Assembly: GCA_963729535.1 (NCBI GenBank) | Contig: CAVSOL010000017.1 | Coordinates: forward strand, 370,837 to 434,836 | Reading direction: 5' to 3' | DNA length: 64,000 nucleotides | DNA from: an uncultured Pseudomonadota bacterium | Lineage (GTDB): Bacteria > Myxococcota_A > Polyangia > Fen-1088 | In this document: piece after piece, positions 30,153 to 39,679 of the stretch | How the letters are laid out: each line of letters opens with the position of its first letter | Position numbering within the stretch: position 1 is the first letter of the stretch | Position numbers and translations under genes: made by a program | Notes under the pieces: model-generated | Seen by the model: only the letters and a program-made list of their open reading frames with translations | What the model was told of the DNA's origin: nothing | Database searches by the model: none

Positions 30153-31516
30153 AGCAGTCGATGCTCTTCGAGCTTCGTGTAGAGCGTTCGGCGGCTGACA
30201 CCGAGCAGGCGCGCGGCGAGCGTCCGGTTGTTTCCGGCGCGCGTCAGCGCCGCCGTCAGGGACTCGCGTTCTGTGCGTTTGCGCTGCTCGTCCAGCGAAA
30301 GCGTCCCACCTGCGGGCGTTGTCCGGCTCCGCTCGTCGGCCGACTGCGACTGCGGCTGCTGGCGCACGAGCTCGCGGCGAACGTCCTCGACGGTGATGTG
30401 GGGGCCGTCGGACAGCACCACCAGCCGTTCGATGAAGTTCTCGAGCTGCCGTACGTTGCCGGGCCAGGGCTGATCGGCCAGCAGCCGCACGACGTCCTCC
30501 GCGACCGCCACGCTGGGGCGGCTGTTCGCCCGCGCGTGGATCGCGCAGAAGTGCCTGACCAGGAGCTCGACGTCGCCGGTTCGGTCGCGCAGCGGTGGCA
30601 GCCAGATCGGGACGACGTTCAGCCGATAGAACAGGTCCTCACGGAACTGCTCCTTGGCGACCATGCCCTCCAGGTCACGGTGGGTGGCCGCGACGAACCG
30701 GACGTCGACGCGCAGGGTGTCCCGCCCCCCGAGCCGTTCGAGCTCGCGGTCCTGGATCACGCGCAGCAGCTTGACCTGCATCGTCAGCGGGATGTCGCCC
30801 ACCTCGTCGAGGAACAACGTCCCGCCGTGAGCAAGCTCGATCCGCCCCGGCTTGCGCGAGTTGGCGCCGGTGAACGCCCCCTTTTCGTAGCCGAACAGCT
30901 CGCTCTCGAGCAGCGTCTCCGGCAGGGCCGCGCAGTGAATCTTCACGAACGGACCGCTCGCCCACGGACCGGTGTCGTGTAGCGCGCGCGCGACCAGCTC
31001 CTTGCCGGTTCCGCTCTCGCCGCGGATCAGGACCGTGGCCTTGCCGCGGGCGGCGCGCCGCACCAGCTCGTCGACCTCCCGCAGCGCCTGGGATTGTCCG
31101 ACCATGGTCTTCGACCGCGGGCGCTCCGGCGCCGCCGAGCGGTGCTGGGTCGCGGCCAGCGCCTTGTTGATCACGAACAGGATCTCGTCGCGGTCGAACG
31201 GCTTGAGCAGGAAGTCCGACGCTCCGCGTTTCATCGCGTCCACCGCGAGCGAGATGGTCCCGTGCGCGGTGAGCAGGACGACCGGCAGATCCGGACGCTG
31301 CTGGACGACGCGATCCAGCAGCGCCATGCCGTCCAGCCCGGGCATGCGGACGTCGGTGACGACCACGTCGTAAGCCCGCGCTTCGAGCTCCGTGAGCCCC
31401 GCCTCTCCGCTCTCTACGTACGTCGCCTCGAACCCTGCCTGGTCGAGCAACGCGCCCAGGATCGTGCCCACCGCCGGATCGTCATCGACGACCAGAATCC
31501 GCCCCGTCGTGCCCAT
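30149..31516 (-). CDS. sigma54-dependent response regulator (NtrC family)
   Basis: REC domain (ILVVDDD, DVRMP), GESGTGKE, GAFTGA, DLFYRLNV, WPGNVR and Fis-type HTH. Confidence 0.96.
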   Translation of the reverse strand: MGTTGRILVVDDDPAVGTILGALLDQAGFEATYVESGEAGLTELEARAYDVVVTDVRMPGLDGMALLDRVVQQRPDLPVVLLTAHGTISLAVDAMKRGASDFLLKPFDRDEILFVINKALAATQHRSAAPERPRSKTMVGQSQALREVDELVRRAARGKATVLIRGESGTGKELVARALHDTGPWASGPFVKIHCAALPETLLESELFGYEKGAFTGANSRKPGRIELAHGGTLFLDEVGDIPLTMQVKLLRVIQDRELERLGGRDTLRVDVRFVAATHRDLEGMVAKEQFREDLFYRLNVVPIWLPPLRDRTGDVELLVRHFCAIHARANSRPSVAVAEDVVRLLADQPWPGNVRQLENFIERLVVLSDGPHITVEDVRRELVRQQPQSQSADERSRTTPAGGTLSLDEQRKRTERESLTAALTRAGNNRTLAARLLGVSRRTLYTKLEEHRLL

Positions 31517-33029
31517 TGCTCACTTCTCCGTTGATTGGGAAATACAAGGTGACGCTTGTGCCGATCCCCACCTTGCTGCTCAGTTGCAGCCGGCCGCCAT
31601 GCGCCTCGACCACTCGCTTGGTGAACGCAAGCCCGAGGCCCGTGCCGTGGGGCTTGGTGGTGAAGAAATCATCCAGGGCGCGCGCCGAGTGGCGGGCGTC
31701 CATGCCGGCGCCGCGGTCCAGAACGGCCAGCGACGCGCCGACCACCCGACCGCGCGAGCGGCGGATGGCGGTCCGCACGCTGACGACTCCACCCTGCGGC
31801 ATCGCCTCGGTGGAGTTTCGAACCAGGTTCTCCAGCGCCCGCGCGACCAGCTCGGAATCGAGCTGGAAGATCGGCAACTCCGTATCGAGCTGCGGATCGA
31901 GGGCGATGTCCTTGCGCACGAACGCCTGCAGCGTGATCACCTTGCGAACGAGCTGGTTCAGATCCGTCTCGGCCAACCGCGGCTGAAGGTGCCCGAGCTG
32001 CGCGTATTCGTCCACGACGTGGTTGATGCGATCGACTTGACCGGACAGCAGCATCAGCACCTGCCGCTGGCGGTCGATCGCGCCGCCACGGTTGAGCTCC
32101 TCGGTCAGGTATTGAACGCCGCCTTTCAGCGCCGCGAGCGGATTCTTCAGGTCGTGGGCCATCTGCGCGCTGAACCGGCCTTGGCGGGCCAGCGCCTCGA
32201 CGCGATAGCGCCGCTCGAAATAGGTGCGCGTCAGCTGCCGCAGCGCCATGACCAGCAACAGCGTCAGGATCGTGGTCCCGAGCATCACCGCCGCCGTGCT
32301 GTGCGACAGCAGCCGGAACATCGCCGCGTAGCCGGCGACGCCGGTCGCGGCGAGGCCGACCGACCACAGCGCCACGCGCGGCGGCAGGTTCTTGTCGAAG
32401 ATGCGGAAGCGCAGGCTGGCCATCGTCAGCAGCGACGCGCTCAGCAACGACCCGACGTTGGCGAGCGGCGGAACACGGAAGCCGAAGTCGTCCCAGAAGT
32501 CGGTCGTCGACAGCAGCGCTCCCACCAGCAAGGCGGCGATCATCGTCCGGGTGCGGATTCGCTCGAACGGATCGATGACGCGCCTGTCGTGCAGGACGAG
32601 CCAGACCGTGCCCGCCGATACCGCGCCGACGTCCGCGACCAGGAAGGCAAACGACCACGTGTCCGACGCGATCCAGGCGCGGGCGGAGGAGGAGACGAGC
32701 GCCAGCCACGAGATCCCCGCGAGCCCCGCCGCGCACAGGTAGGCGGCGGCCAGGGTGACGCGACGGGTGGTCGTCTGGCCGACGAAGCGAGCCGCCACGT
32801 GCAAGGCCAGCGCGGGAGAGAAGGGCGACGTGCCGAGGTCGATCAGGTGCCATTCGGGGCGCCCGGACAGCGAGAACGCGAAATCGGCGAAGTTCCAGGC
32901 GAACAGATCGAACGCGAGCAGCCGCATCGGCCAGACGAGCGGATTTCGCTCCGGCCAGATGAGGAGAAGGATGGCCACCGCCAAATGCCCCGCCCATGCA
33001 ACGAGATCCAGCGCCACGTGGCCGGTCAC
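31482..33029 (-). CDS. Sensor histidine kinase with multi-TM (7TM-like) N-terminus
   Basis: MAHDLKNPL, ENLVRNS, DRGAGM, FFTTK and GTGLGL. Confidence 0.93.
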   Translation of the reverse strand: MTGHVALDLVAWAGHLAVAILLLIWPERNPLVWPMRLLAFDLFAWNFADFAFSLSGRPEWHLIDLGTSPFSPALALHVAARFVGQTTTRRVTLAAAYLCAAGLAGISWLALVSSSARAWIASDTWSFAFLVADVGAVSAGTVWLVLHDRRVIDPFERIRTRTMIAALLVGALLSTTDFWDDFGFRVPPLANVGSLLSASLLTMASLRFRIFDKNLPPRVALWSVGLAATGVAGYAAMFRLLSHSTAAVMLGTTILTLLLVMALRQLTRTYFERRYRVEALARQGRFSAQMAHDLKNPLAALKGGVQYLTEELNRGGAIDRQRQVLMLLSGQVDRINHVVDEYAQLGHLQPRLAETDLNQLVRKVITLQAFVRKDIALDPQLDTELPIFQLDSELVARALENLVRNSTEAMPQGGVVSVRTAIRRSRGRVVGASLAVLDRGAGMDARHSARALDDFFTTKPHGTGLGLAFTKRVVEAHGGRLQLSSKVGIGTSVTLYFPINGEVSNGHDGADSGRR

Positions 33030-33246
33030 CCTCTCCGCATATGCCTAGACGCGTCGGAGATCAAGCCTCCGCCGCAACCAAGACGTTTATTGGGTGCTGA
33101 ACACCGGCTGTTTCCAGCCTGGTGCCGTGACGGCTCCGTCACGAGTGGTGGTCTCGTCGGCAAACAGGACCGCACGAACGCAAATGTCGTGCCCGCGGTT
33201 GTGCGCGGCAACACGGTGGATTTGTCCGCGGGGTTGTAAAGCCCGT

Positions 33247-33272
33247 CCTCACAAGTGTGCGGAGGTCCGCAC
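33247..33272. promoter_or_regulatory. Second copy of the TGTGCGG-N4-CCGCAC enhancer-like site
   Basis: CCTCACAAG-TGTGCGGAGGTCCGCAC resembles 26672-26699. Confidence 0.65.
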
Positions 33273-33324
33273 GCTTCCGCTTCACGGAAGCTGAGGGACC
33301 GCGATCCGACGCGCCTTGATCGGC

Positions 33325-33340
33325 TGGCACGCGCGATGAA
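33325..33340 (+). promoter_or_regulatory. sigma54-like promoter
   Basis: TGGCACGCGCGATGAA: perfect -24 (TGGCACG), variant -12 (GA in place of GC). Confidence 0.55.
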
Positions 33341-33353
33341 GAGCGTCGCCGCC

Positions 33354-34565
33354 ATGACCCGAAGCCACCGAAAGACCTGGTTCACGGCGTTCGCGTTCCT
33401 GCTGCTGGCGGGCGTGGCCTGTGTGTTCCTTCTCGCGTTCCGCTCGCCGAAGGTGGCGACGACAGCGGCCGCAGCCGACCTAGACGATCATCCACCGCTG
33501 GCGAATGGCGAGCCGGCCCGCCAGCGGTGGCGGGCGAACGGCGTCGTCACGGCCGCCGAGGCGACTCCGGATGTCGGCGTCGAGATCGACGCCATCGACG
33601 TCGACAAACAACAGGCTTGCAAGGGCGAGGAGATCACCGTCAGCGTGCGGGCGCGCGCCACGGAGCGCGACGGTGGGCGCTTCCTCAGCTACGGCGTGAT
33701 GGGCCATCCCGACAGCGTCGGGCCGCGCTTCACGCTGCGGCTGGAGGAGAGCCTGGCGGTCGACTGGATGCGCGTGTTCGTCCGCGGCCGGCGCGGCGCC
33801 GCGGTCAAGGCGGTGCCGCCCGTCGTGGTCAAGGACTGCGAAACCCCGGACGTGGTGACCATCGACGTGCAGCGCAAGCCCGAGATGATGGACCGGGCCT
33901 GGCTGACGGCGCGCCTGGCCCAACGCGGCGCGACCGCCGAGGCCAGCCCGCTGCGTCCTGTCGAGTACCGCTGGACGTTCGACGACGGCACCACGCAGAC
34001 CACGCAGACGCCCGACGTCGAGCACAACTTCGAGAACCGGCGGCAGAACGTCGCGCACGCGTACTACTTCGTGTCCGTCGAAGCGCGCGACACGAACGGC
34101 CGTACCGCCCGCGGGTCGCGATCACTCCGTTTCGTCAACCTCGGTTTCCGGCCGCTGATCCACGACAAGCAGGTGGTCGTGTTCTCGGCGATCGATCCGC
34201 GCGCCGCGGGCGGCGAGAAGGTGTGGCTCTATCACGGGCACGACGAGGCGGTGCGCATCGACAGGATCATCGTCAACGACATCATCCGCGGCGCGAACGG
34301 TGGCGACGTCACCGTCGCGACCAACGGCCACGACGCGATGACGCTGCTCGGGTTCGCGGAGATCCCGCCGGGCAAGAGCATCGCAACGAGAGACCTCGCG
34401 GCACTGCGACCCGCCGAGGCCGGCAAGCAGCGGGTCGTCGAGATCACAGGTCACACCGCGAGCGGACATACCGCGCGCGGCGCTTTCAATCTGCTCGCGC
34501 CCGACGTGGTGTTGGCCGCGACCGCAGAAGAAACCCAACCCACGTCCGAGGAGAGTCAGCCATGA
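33354..34565 (+). CDS. Membrane-anchored PKD/Ig-like domain protein (paralog B of 28086..29504)
   Basis: TM anchor; YRWTFDDGT..VEHNF; colinear similarity with paralog A. Confidence 0.75.
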   Translation: MTRSHRKTWFTAFAFLLLAGVACVFLLAFRSPKVATTAAAADLDDHPPLANGEPARQRWRANGVVTAAEATPDVGVEIDAIDVDKQQACKGEEITVSVRARATERDGGRFLSYGVMGHPDSVGPRFTLRLEESLAVDWMRVFVRGRRGAAVKAVPPVVVKDCETPDVVTIDVQRKPEMMDRAWLTARLAQRGATAEASPLRPVEYRWTFDDGTTQTTQTPDVEHNFENRRQNVAHAYYFVSVEARDTNGRTARGSRSLRFVNLGFRPLIHDKQVVVFSAIDPRAAGGEKVWLYHGHDEAVRIDRIIVNDIIRGANGGDVTVATNGHDAMTLLGFAEIPPGKSIATRDLAALRPAEAGKQRVVEITGHTASGHTARGAFNLLAPDVVLAATAEETQPTSEESQP

Positions 34566-35689
34566 TTGCCAGAAGGTTACGAAACGGTCTTGTTGGTGGA
34601 GCGTTGATGGTCACCGTCCTGTGCGCGAGCGCGCGTCCCGCGCACGCAACCGGGGCGGAGGTCATCGCGGTAGCCGGGACGATCTACACCTTCTTCAAGC
34701 AGGTGTACGGCTACTACCAGACCCTGCGCGGCCTGCTCGGAGACGCGGGCCCGAGCATCGGCCAGCAGCTCCAGGCGATGCAGGACGCCCTGATCGCCGA
34801 GATGCGAAGCCAGCGCAACATGGCCCTGCAGTCGAGCACGCGGAGCGTGTTCAACAAGTTCACGAACCTATCCGACAACCGTATTGGCGACGCCACGAAC
34901 GCAGACTTGTGGACGCAAATCTACGGGCAGCAAACGGATACAGCCGATTTGATGTACGACATCATCGCCAGCAGCGATTTCGAGTCGGCGTATCAACTCG
35001 CGCCTGCGTACAACGCGCTGATCACGACCGGCACCGGCGTGCTCAAGATCAAGGGCGAACTGTGGCCGTCGGACAAGAGCAGCTGGAACGACTTCTACAT
35101 CTGGCTGCAGCCGGCCATGCTCGCCGACTATCGGATGATCGGGTCGCAGAGGCACCAGTGCTATCCGGGCTACAACCCCGGCTACAGCCCGCCGCCGACG
35201 TCACCAGCGGCCGCGGTGCTCGCGTGGCAGCTCAGGACCAAGCCCGGCAAATACCGCGACAGCCAGCTGTGGACCAAGAAGCTCGAGAACCGATCGATCC
35301 ACGTCGAGACGTGGAGCATCACTTGCCGCACCGGCCGTGCCGGCGGCGTGATCACCAGCAACTGGCAGCAGACCTGCAACCCGGCCAGCCGGACGTGCAC
35401 CTCGATCGGCACAGGCTGCTGGCTGAATAGCCAGACGTGGAACGCCTGCGGCACCGGCGTCGCACCACTGGATTGCGCCGACCAGAAGGCCAAAGCTCAC
35501 TTCGACGCCGACACGACGGTCAAGATCATCCGCGAGGCGATGAAGGGGATCCAGACGCTGTCGGGCGGCAACGACTACGACTTCGCGACGAACGACGGCC
35601 TGCTGGCGCAGGGCAAGTACGTCGACCCCTGGGTCAACGAGGCGTCGTGCGGCTCCAGCGGTCCGTGGGCGTACCCGCAGCAACCGTGA
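34562..35689 (+). CDS. Secreted hypothetical protein (helical N-half, Cys-rich C-half)
   Basis: ATGA overlap with the upstream gene, GAGGAG RBS and signal peptide ending AHA. Confidence 0.75.
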   Translation: MIARRLRNGLVGGALMVTVLCASARPAHATGAEVIAVAGTIYTFFKQVYGYYQTLRGLLGDAGPSIGQQLQAMQDALIAEMRSQRNMALQSSTRSVFNKFTNLSDNRIGDATNADLWTQIYGQQTDTADLMYDIIASSDFESAYQLAPAYNALITTGTGVLKIKGELWPSDKSSWNDFYIWLQPAMLADYRMIGSQRHQCYPGYNPGYSPPPTSPAAAVLAWQLRTKPGKYRDSQLWTKKLENRSIHVETWSITCRTGRAGGVITSNWQQTCNPASRTCTSIGTGCWLNSQTWNACGTGVAPLDCADQKAKAHFDADTTVKIIREAMKGIQTLSGGNDYDFATNDGLLAQGKYVDPWVNEASCGSSGPWAYPQQP

Positions 35690-35914
35690 TGACCCAGACT
35701 TGACCGAGCGCAGGCATGCGGCGGGGCTGACGGCCCTGCCGCAAGCACATCCGCCCAGTGGACGAGCGCGGAGATGACTGCGCGTGTCACTAGCAAAACC
35801 CCGTCCAGCTTGCCTGCGGGCCTCTGTCCGTGTAGGAACATACGGCCCGTTGCCGCCGCGGAGGCGGTTGGGCTCTGATAACCACTGGCGGGGGAACCTC
35901 GCCCGGAAGGATCC

Positions 35915-36085
35915 TTGGGTAAGGCTGAAGACAAGCGAGCTGCAATTATCGCCCAGCAAGCCGAGCGTCAGCAGGCGGAGCAGCCCAATGCTGCCCCGAT
36001 GCCGAAGCGGAGGACGAACTGGGCTGCGACAGCACCTTTGCGGCCGCGCCGTGGGCGTCCGGCCATGGGCGGGCCGCGTAAATGA
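35915..36085 (+). CDS. Small basic 56-aa ORF missing from the ORF track
   Basis: GGAAGGA RBS and TTG start, MGKAEDKRAAIIAQQAERQQ...GGPRK; stop overlaps the RRM start (ATGA). Confidence 0.6.
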   Translation: MGKAEDKRAAIIAQQAERQQAEQPNAAPMPKRRTNWAATAPLRPRRGRPAMGGPRK

Positions 36086-36573
36086 GCCGGGCGTTTTCCG
36101 GCGGCAAGCGCAACCGCGAGGCCAGCCGCGACCTCAAGAAACGGCAGAAGGAAGAGCGCCTTCGCCGCAACCGCGAGATGCGCGCGCGTGGGATCGATCC
36201 CGACGTGATGGATCCGTCCGTACTCCCCGAAGGCGAGCCGCTTCCCGAGGTCAAGCTCGAGGACATCGTCATCGGCGTCGCGTCCCAATCGCGGCGGGTC
36301 AACTTCGGGCCGGTGAAGCTGTTCGTCGGTGGCCTTGGCCCGTCGACGACGGCGGCCGACCTGCGCACGTTCTTTTCGCGCTTCGGCGAGCTCGTCGAAG
36401 CGATCGTCGTCCCCAACCGCTCGACCGGTCAGTCGCGTGGCTTCGGGTTCGTCAGCTACCAGAGCTCGGCCGCGGCCGACGAAGCGATCAAGGGCATGAA
36501 CGGTGTCGAGCTGGACGGTCACCCCCTGAAGGTGAACCGCGCCGAGGCGCGCCCGGGCCCGGGCCGCTACTGA
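36082..36573 (+). CDS. RNA-recognition-motif (RRM) RNA-binding protein with basic N-terminal extension
   Basis: RNP2 KLFVGGL, RNP1 RGFGFVSY and LDGHPLKVNRA. Confidence 0.93.
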   Translation: MSRAFSGGKRNREASRDLKKRQKEERLRRNREMRARGIDPDVMDPSVLPEGEPLPEVKLEDIVIGVASQSRRVNFGPVKLFVGGLGPSTTAADLRTFFSRFGELVEAIVVPNRSTGQSRGFGFVSYQSSAAADEAIKGMNGVELDGHPLKVNRAEARPGPGRY

Positions 36574-36666
36574 CCCGCTTGTCCCGCTAGATCCGCGCGG
36601 CAAGAACGAGCTGACGCTCGAGGAGCGGCAGCTCCCGTCCGTCCGCGCAAGCGATCCGCGGCGACG

Positions 36667-37845
36667 TTACTGCGTGACGAAACGGACGTTGTCGATGCGC
36701 AGCTCGACGGTGCACGTGCCCGAGCCCGAGTTGCCCGAGTTGACCTGCCACTGCACGCCGACGATCTGGCTCGCCGTTGGGGTCGAGCCCGACGGATTGT
36801 TGAACGCCGTGAACCGTGTCGTGAACATGGTGGCGGTCCCGGTCGGGGCGGCGAGGGTCGCCAGCGGGTACTGCTCACACGTCGTTGTCGTCGCGTTGCA
36901 CGTTCCGCCCATCGGGGTCAGCGTGGTCGGGCGCTGATTCTGCGTCTGAAGTTGCACCTGCCAGGTGCAGCCCGTGAGGCTGCCGTCGCTGACCGACGCC
37001 GTGAACTGGATGGCGTTGAAGTTGGTCGCGTCGACGCACGAGTCGAAGTTGATGCGGCCGCCGGCGTAACTGCCCGCGGCGACCGTGAAGTCGAGCCGCA
37101 GGTTGCGCGCCGTCGTATCGACGGCCGCCATCGCTGTCGACGGCGTGCCCGCGAAAGACGACAGGCCGCCATCGAGGCCGAGCGCGTCGCACCACCGCGA
37201 CGTGGTGTTGTTCCACTGCGCGGCCGAGAAGTCGACGATCTGCCCGTCAGTCCCCAGCTCCAGCACCCCGGCGCTCGTGCAATCGAGCCTGCCTCCGGAT
37301 GGACATGAGTTCCCACCGGCGCCCGTCGTGCCGGCAGTCCCCGTCGCGCCCCCGCGTCCGCCACCGCCGCCCATGGTGCCGCCGCGCCCGGCGTTTCCCG
37401 TCGCTCCTCCGCGGCCACCCGTGCCGGCCGTTCCTGTCGCGCCCCCGCGCCCCGCTGCGCCGGCAGCTCCCGTCGTGCCCCCGCGCCCCGGCGCGCCGGC
37501 GGCTCCCGTCGTGCCCGCCGCGCCGGTCGTCCCGGCCGCGCCGGTCGCGCCAGCGCCACCCCTGCCACCCGCGCCGCTCGACGAGGTGCCGGCCGTGCCG
37601 CTGACGACGCTCCCCGCCGTGCCGCTCACGCTGCTCCCCGCCGCGCCGGTCGCGGAGGTACCCGCCGCGCCGGTCACGATGCCGCTCCCCGCCGCGCCGG
37701 TGGGGCCGCTGCCGGCCTGGCCGGTAAGCTCTCCGCCTCGGTAGTACTCGTCCGGTCCCTGGCAGGCAGCCAGCTGAGGGGCCAGCCACGCGGCCGCGAC
37801 CAGGGCCGCTGGCCGTAGCAAACGAACGTGCTGGGCTCGAAACAT
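36667..37845 (-). CDS. Gly-rich lipoprotein with C-terminal carbohydrate-binding-like beta-sandwich
   Basis: Lipobox LAAC and long linker; CVDATNFNAIQF..IVGVQWQ..LRIDNVRF (CBM11/CIA30-like ending). Confidence 0.7.
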   Translation of the reverse strand: MFRAQHVRLLRPAALVAAAWLAPQLAACQGPDEYYRGGELTGQAGSGPTGAAGSGIVTGAAGTSATGAAGSSVSGTAGSVVSGTAGTSSSGAGGRGGAGATGAAGTTGAAGTTGAAGAPGRGGTTGAAGAAGRGGATGTAGTGGRGGATGNAGRGGTMGGGGGRGGATGTAGTTGAGGNSCPSGGRLDCTSAGVLELGTDGQIVDFSAAQWNNTTSRWCDALGLDGGLSSFAGTPSTAMAAVDTTARNLRLDFTVAAGSYAGGRINFDSCVDATNFNAIQFTASVSDGSLTGCTWQVQLQTQNQRPTTLTPMGGTCNATTTTCEQYPLATLAAPTGTATMFTTRFTAFNNPSGSTPTASQIVGVQWQVNSGNSGSGTCTVELRIDNVRFVTQ

Positions 37846-38173
37846 GGCCAGAAACTCCCACGCTGGTATTCCCTCATCCGGCCAGAGCGATCCCTTCCAG
37901 GCAAGGGAACGCCGTCCCGCGTCGTATCTGGTGACCACCACGCGTGCCCCTGCGCCTGCTTCCGTTCCAGCGTCGCCCAGACCGCACATTGCTCGTACAA
38001 GAACGAGGACACCGACCTCCTCGTCATGAGGACGCGCCGGCGCTGCCGTGATCGCGCTCACCGGAAATCCATAATTCTGCGGCGCGTCTGCACCGGGCCA
38101 AAAACGAGACGTTCCACGTTGCCGGAGCTGGCGTATTCTCCGGGCCTCACACCCACAAGCCTGGAGGTTACTA

Positions 38174-38914
38174 ATGGACCCGAAGTCTAAGGACCCGAAA
38201 TCGTTCAGCCGCAAAGAGTTCATCGCCCTGACAGTGACGTTGGTGGGAGGGGCGGTTCTCGAGTCGAACTGTTCGTCGGGCGATGACGGGACCGGGTCCG
38301 GAGGCAGGGGTGGCTCGGGCTCTGCGGGGACTTCGGGCAGCGCGGGCACGAGCGGCAACGCCGGGACGAGCGGCAACGCCGGGACGAGTGGCAACGCCGG
38401 GACGAGCGGCAACGCCGGGACGAGTGGCAACGCCGGGACGAGCGGCAACGCCGGGACGAGCGGCAACGGCGGGACGAGCGGCAACGCCGGGACGAGCGGC
38501 AACGCCGGGACGAGCGGCAACGCCGGCTCGGGCGGCTCCGGGGCTGCCGGCAGCGGCGGCTCGGGCGGTGGTAGCGCGGGCGCGTCCGGTGGCCGCGGCG
38601 GCGGCGCTGGTGGCAGCAGCGGCGGCTCGGGCGGAGGAGCTGGCGGTGCCGGTGGCAGCGGTTCGGCGACGAGCTGCACCACTGCTCAGACGGTCACGAC
38701 TGGCCACGTGCATACGGTGATGGTCACCGCGACCACCCTCGCTGCCACGACGCCGCAGACGCTCACGGTGAGCTCCGCCGGGAGCCCTGCCCACACGCAC
38801 ACGATCATGTTGACTCCAGCCAACCTCATGACCCTGCGAGGCGGCGGGATGGTGACTGTCATGTCGACGATGGACTCTGGGCACGACCATATGTATCGCA
38901 TCACGTGCACGTAG
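38174..38914 (+). CDS. Tat-like exported (lipo)protein with repeat linker and triple-HxH C-terminal domain
   Basis: GGAGG RBS; SRKEFI Tat-like motif; GHVH, AHTH and GHDH. Confidence 0.75.
   Translation: MDPKSKDPKSFSRKEFIALTVTLVGGAVLESNCSSGDDGTGSGGRGGSGSAGTSGSAGTSGNAGTSGNAGTSGNAGTSGNAGTSGNAGTSGNAGTSGNGGTSGNAGTSGNAGTSGNAGSGGSGAAGSGGSGGGSAGASGGRGGGAGGSSGGSGGGAGGAGGSGSATSCTTAQTVTTGHVHTVMVTATTLAATTPQTLTVSSAGSPAHTHTIMLTPANLMTLRGGGMVTVMSTMDSGHDHMYRITCT
38324..38521 (+). repeat. 11 x 18-bp coding tandem repeat (AGTSGN)
   Basis: Near-identical GCCGGGACGAGYGGCAAC units. Confidence 0.92.
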
Positions 38915-38946
38915 GCAGACGACCTCATCGCCAGCCGCGTGACGCT

Positions 38947-39612
38947 TCAACTCGTCGCGCGGCGGGCAGCTAAGACAGCGACGGCCGCGGCGAGCATCAG
39001 CGCCCACGACGCTCCCAGCGACATTCCGCCAAGGACGTCGCTGGGATAGTGGACGCCGAGGTACACGCGCGACAGGCCCACCAGCGCGACGAGTAACGCG
39101 ACGCCCGCGACCAGCGCCGCCTTCGTGGCGCGCGTGCGCAGGTGGCTTGAGGCGATCACCGCGATGGTGATGTACAGGGCCGCGGTGGCCAGGGAGTGGC
39201 CGCTGGGATACGAGAAGCCGGATACGTGCACCACGTGCGGGACTTCCGTGGGCCGGGCCCTCTCGACGATGCCCTTGGTTACCCACACCAGCGCCCCCAC
39301 CCCGAGCGCAGCGACGACCAGGTGGATGGCCTCGCGTCGATCGCGGCGGACGATCAAGATCACCAACGTTGCGACGATCAGCGCGGTCATGAACGTCCGC
39401 GAGCCGAACGTCGTGATGCCGACCATCAGCCCGTTGAGAGAGGGCGTGCGCCGCTCGGCCATCCACCGCAAGATCGCGCGGTCGGCCGCCGCCGCGCTGC
39501 CTTCCCCCACGCTCTCGTGGGTCACGGCCACGAAGGTTCCCAGCGCCAGTGTGATCAGGGCGATCCACAGGTCGACCCTGACCATGCGGGGCGTGAGCAA
39601 CGGACGATCCAC
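38947..39612 (-). CDS. PAP2-family membrane phosphatase
   Basis: K..VERARP, SYPSGHS and SRVYLGVHYPSDV. Confidence 0.92.
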   Translation of the reverse strand: MDRPLLTPRMVRVDLWIALITLALGTFVAVTHESVGEGSAAAADRAILRWMAERRTPSLNGLMVGITTFGSRTFMTALIVATLVILIVRRDRREAIHLVVAALGVGALVWVTKGIVERARPTEVPHVVHVSGFSYPSGHSLATAALYITIAVIASSHLRTRATKAALVAGVALLVALVGLSRVYLGVHYPSDVLGGMSLGASWALMLAAAVAVLAARRATS

Positions 39613-39679
39613 GTGACGCCGGGCAATCTACTAACGTGGGCGCGGGAAAACAGGTCAAGGACTCGCTGATTGCTGGACG

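Noticed and set aside
35878-35895. Resemblance of TAACCACTGGCGG to a phage lambda operator
   Set aside because: Short chance match with no phage genes in the window.
35820-36000. Possible 6S, tmRNA, RNase P or riboswitch RNA
   Set aside because: No diagnostic motifs were recognised; most of the stretch is better explained by a small ORF with a structured leader.
38324-38521. Tandem repeats as a CRISPR array
   Set aside because: The 18-bp in-frame units have no unique spacers, lie inside a CDS and have no cas genes nearby.
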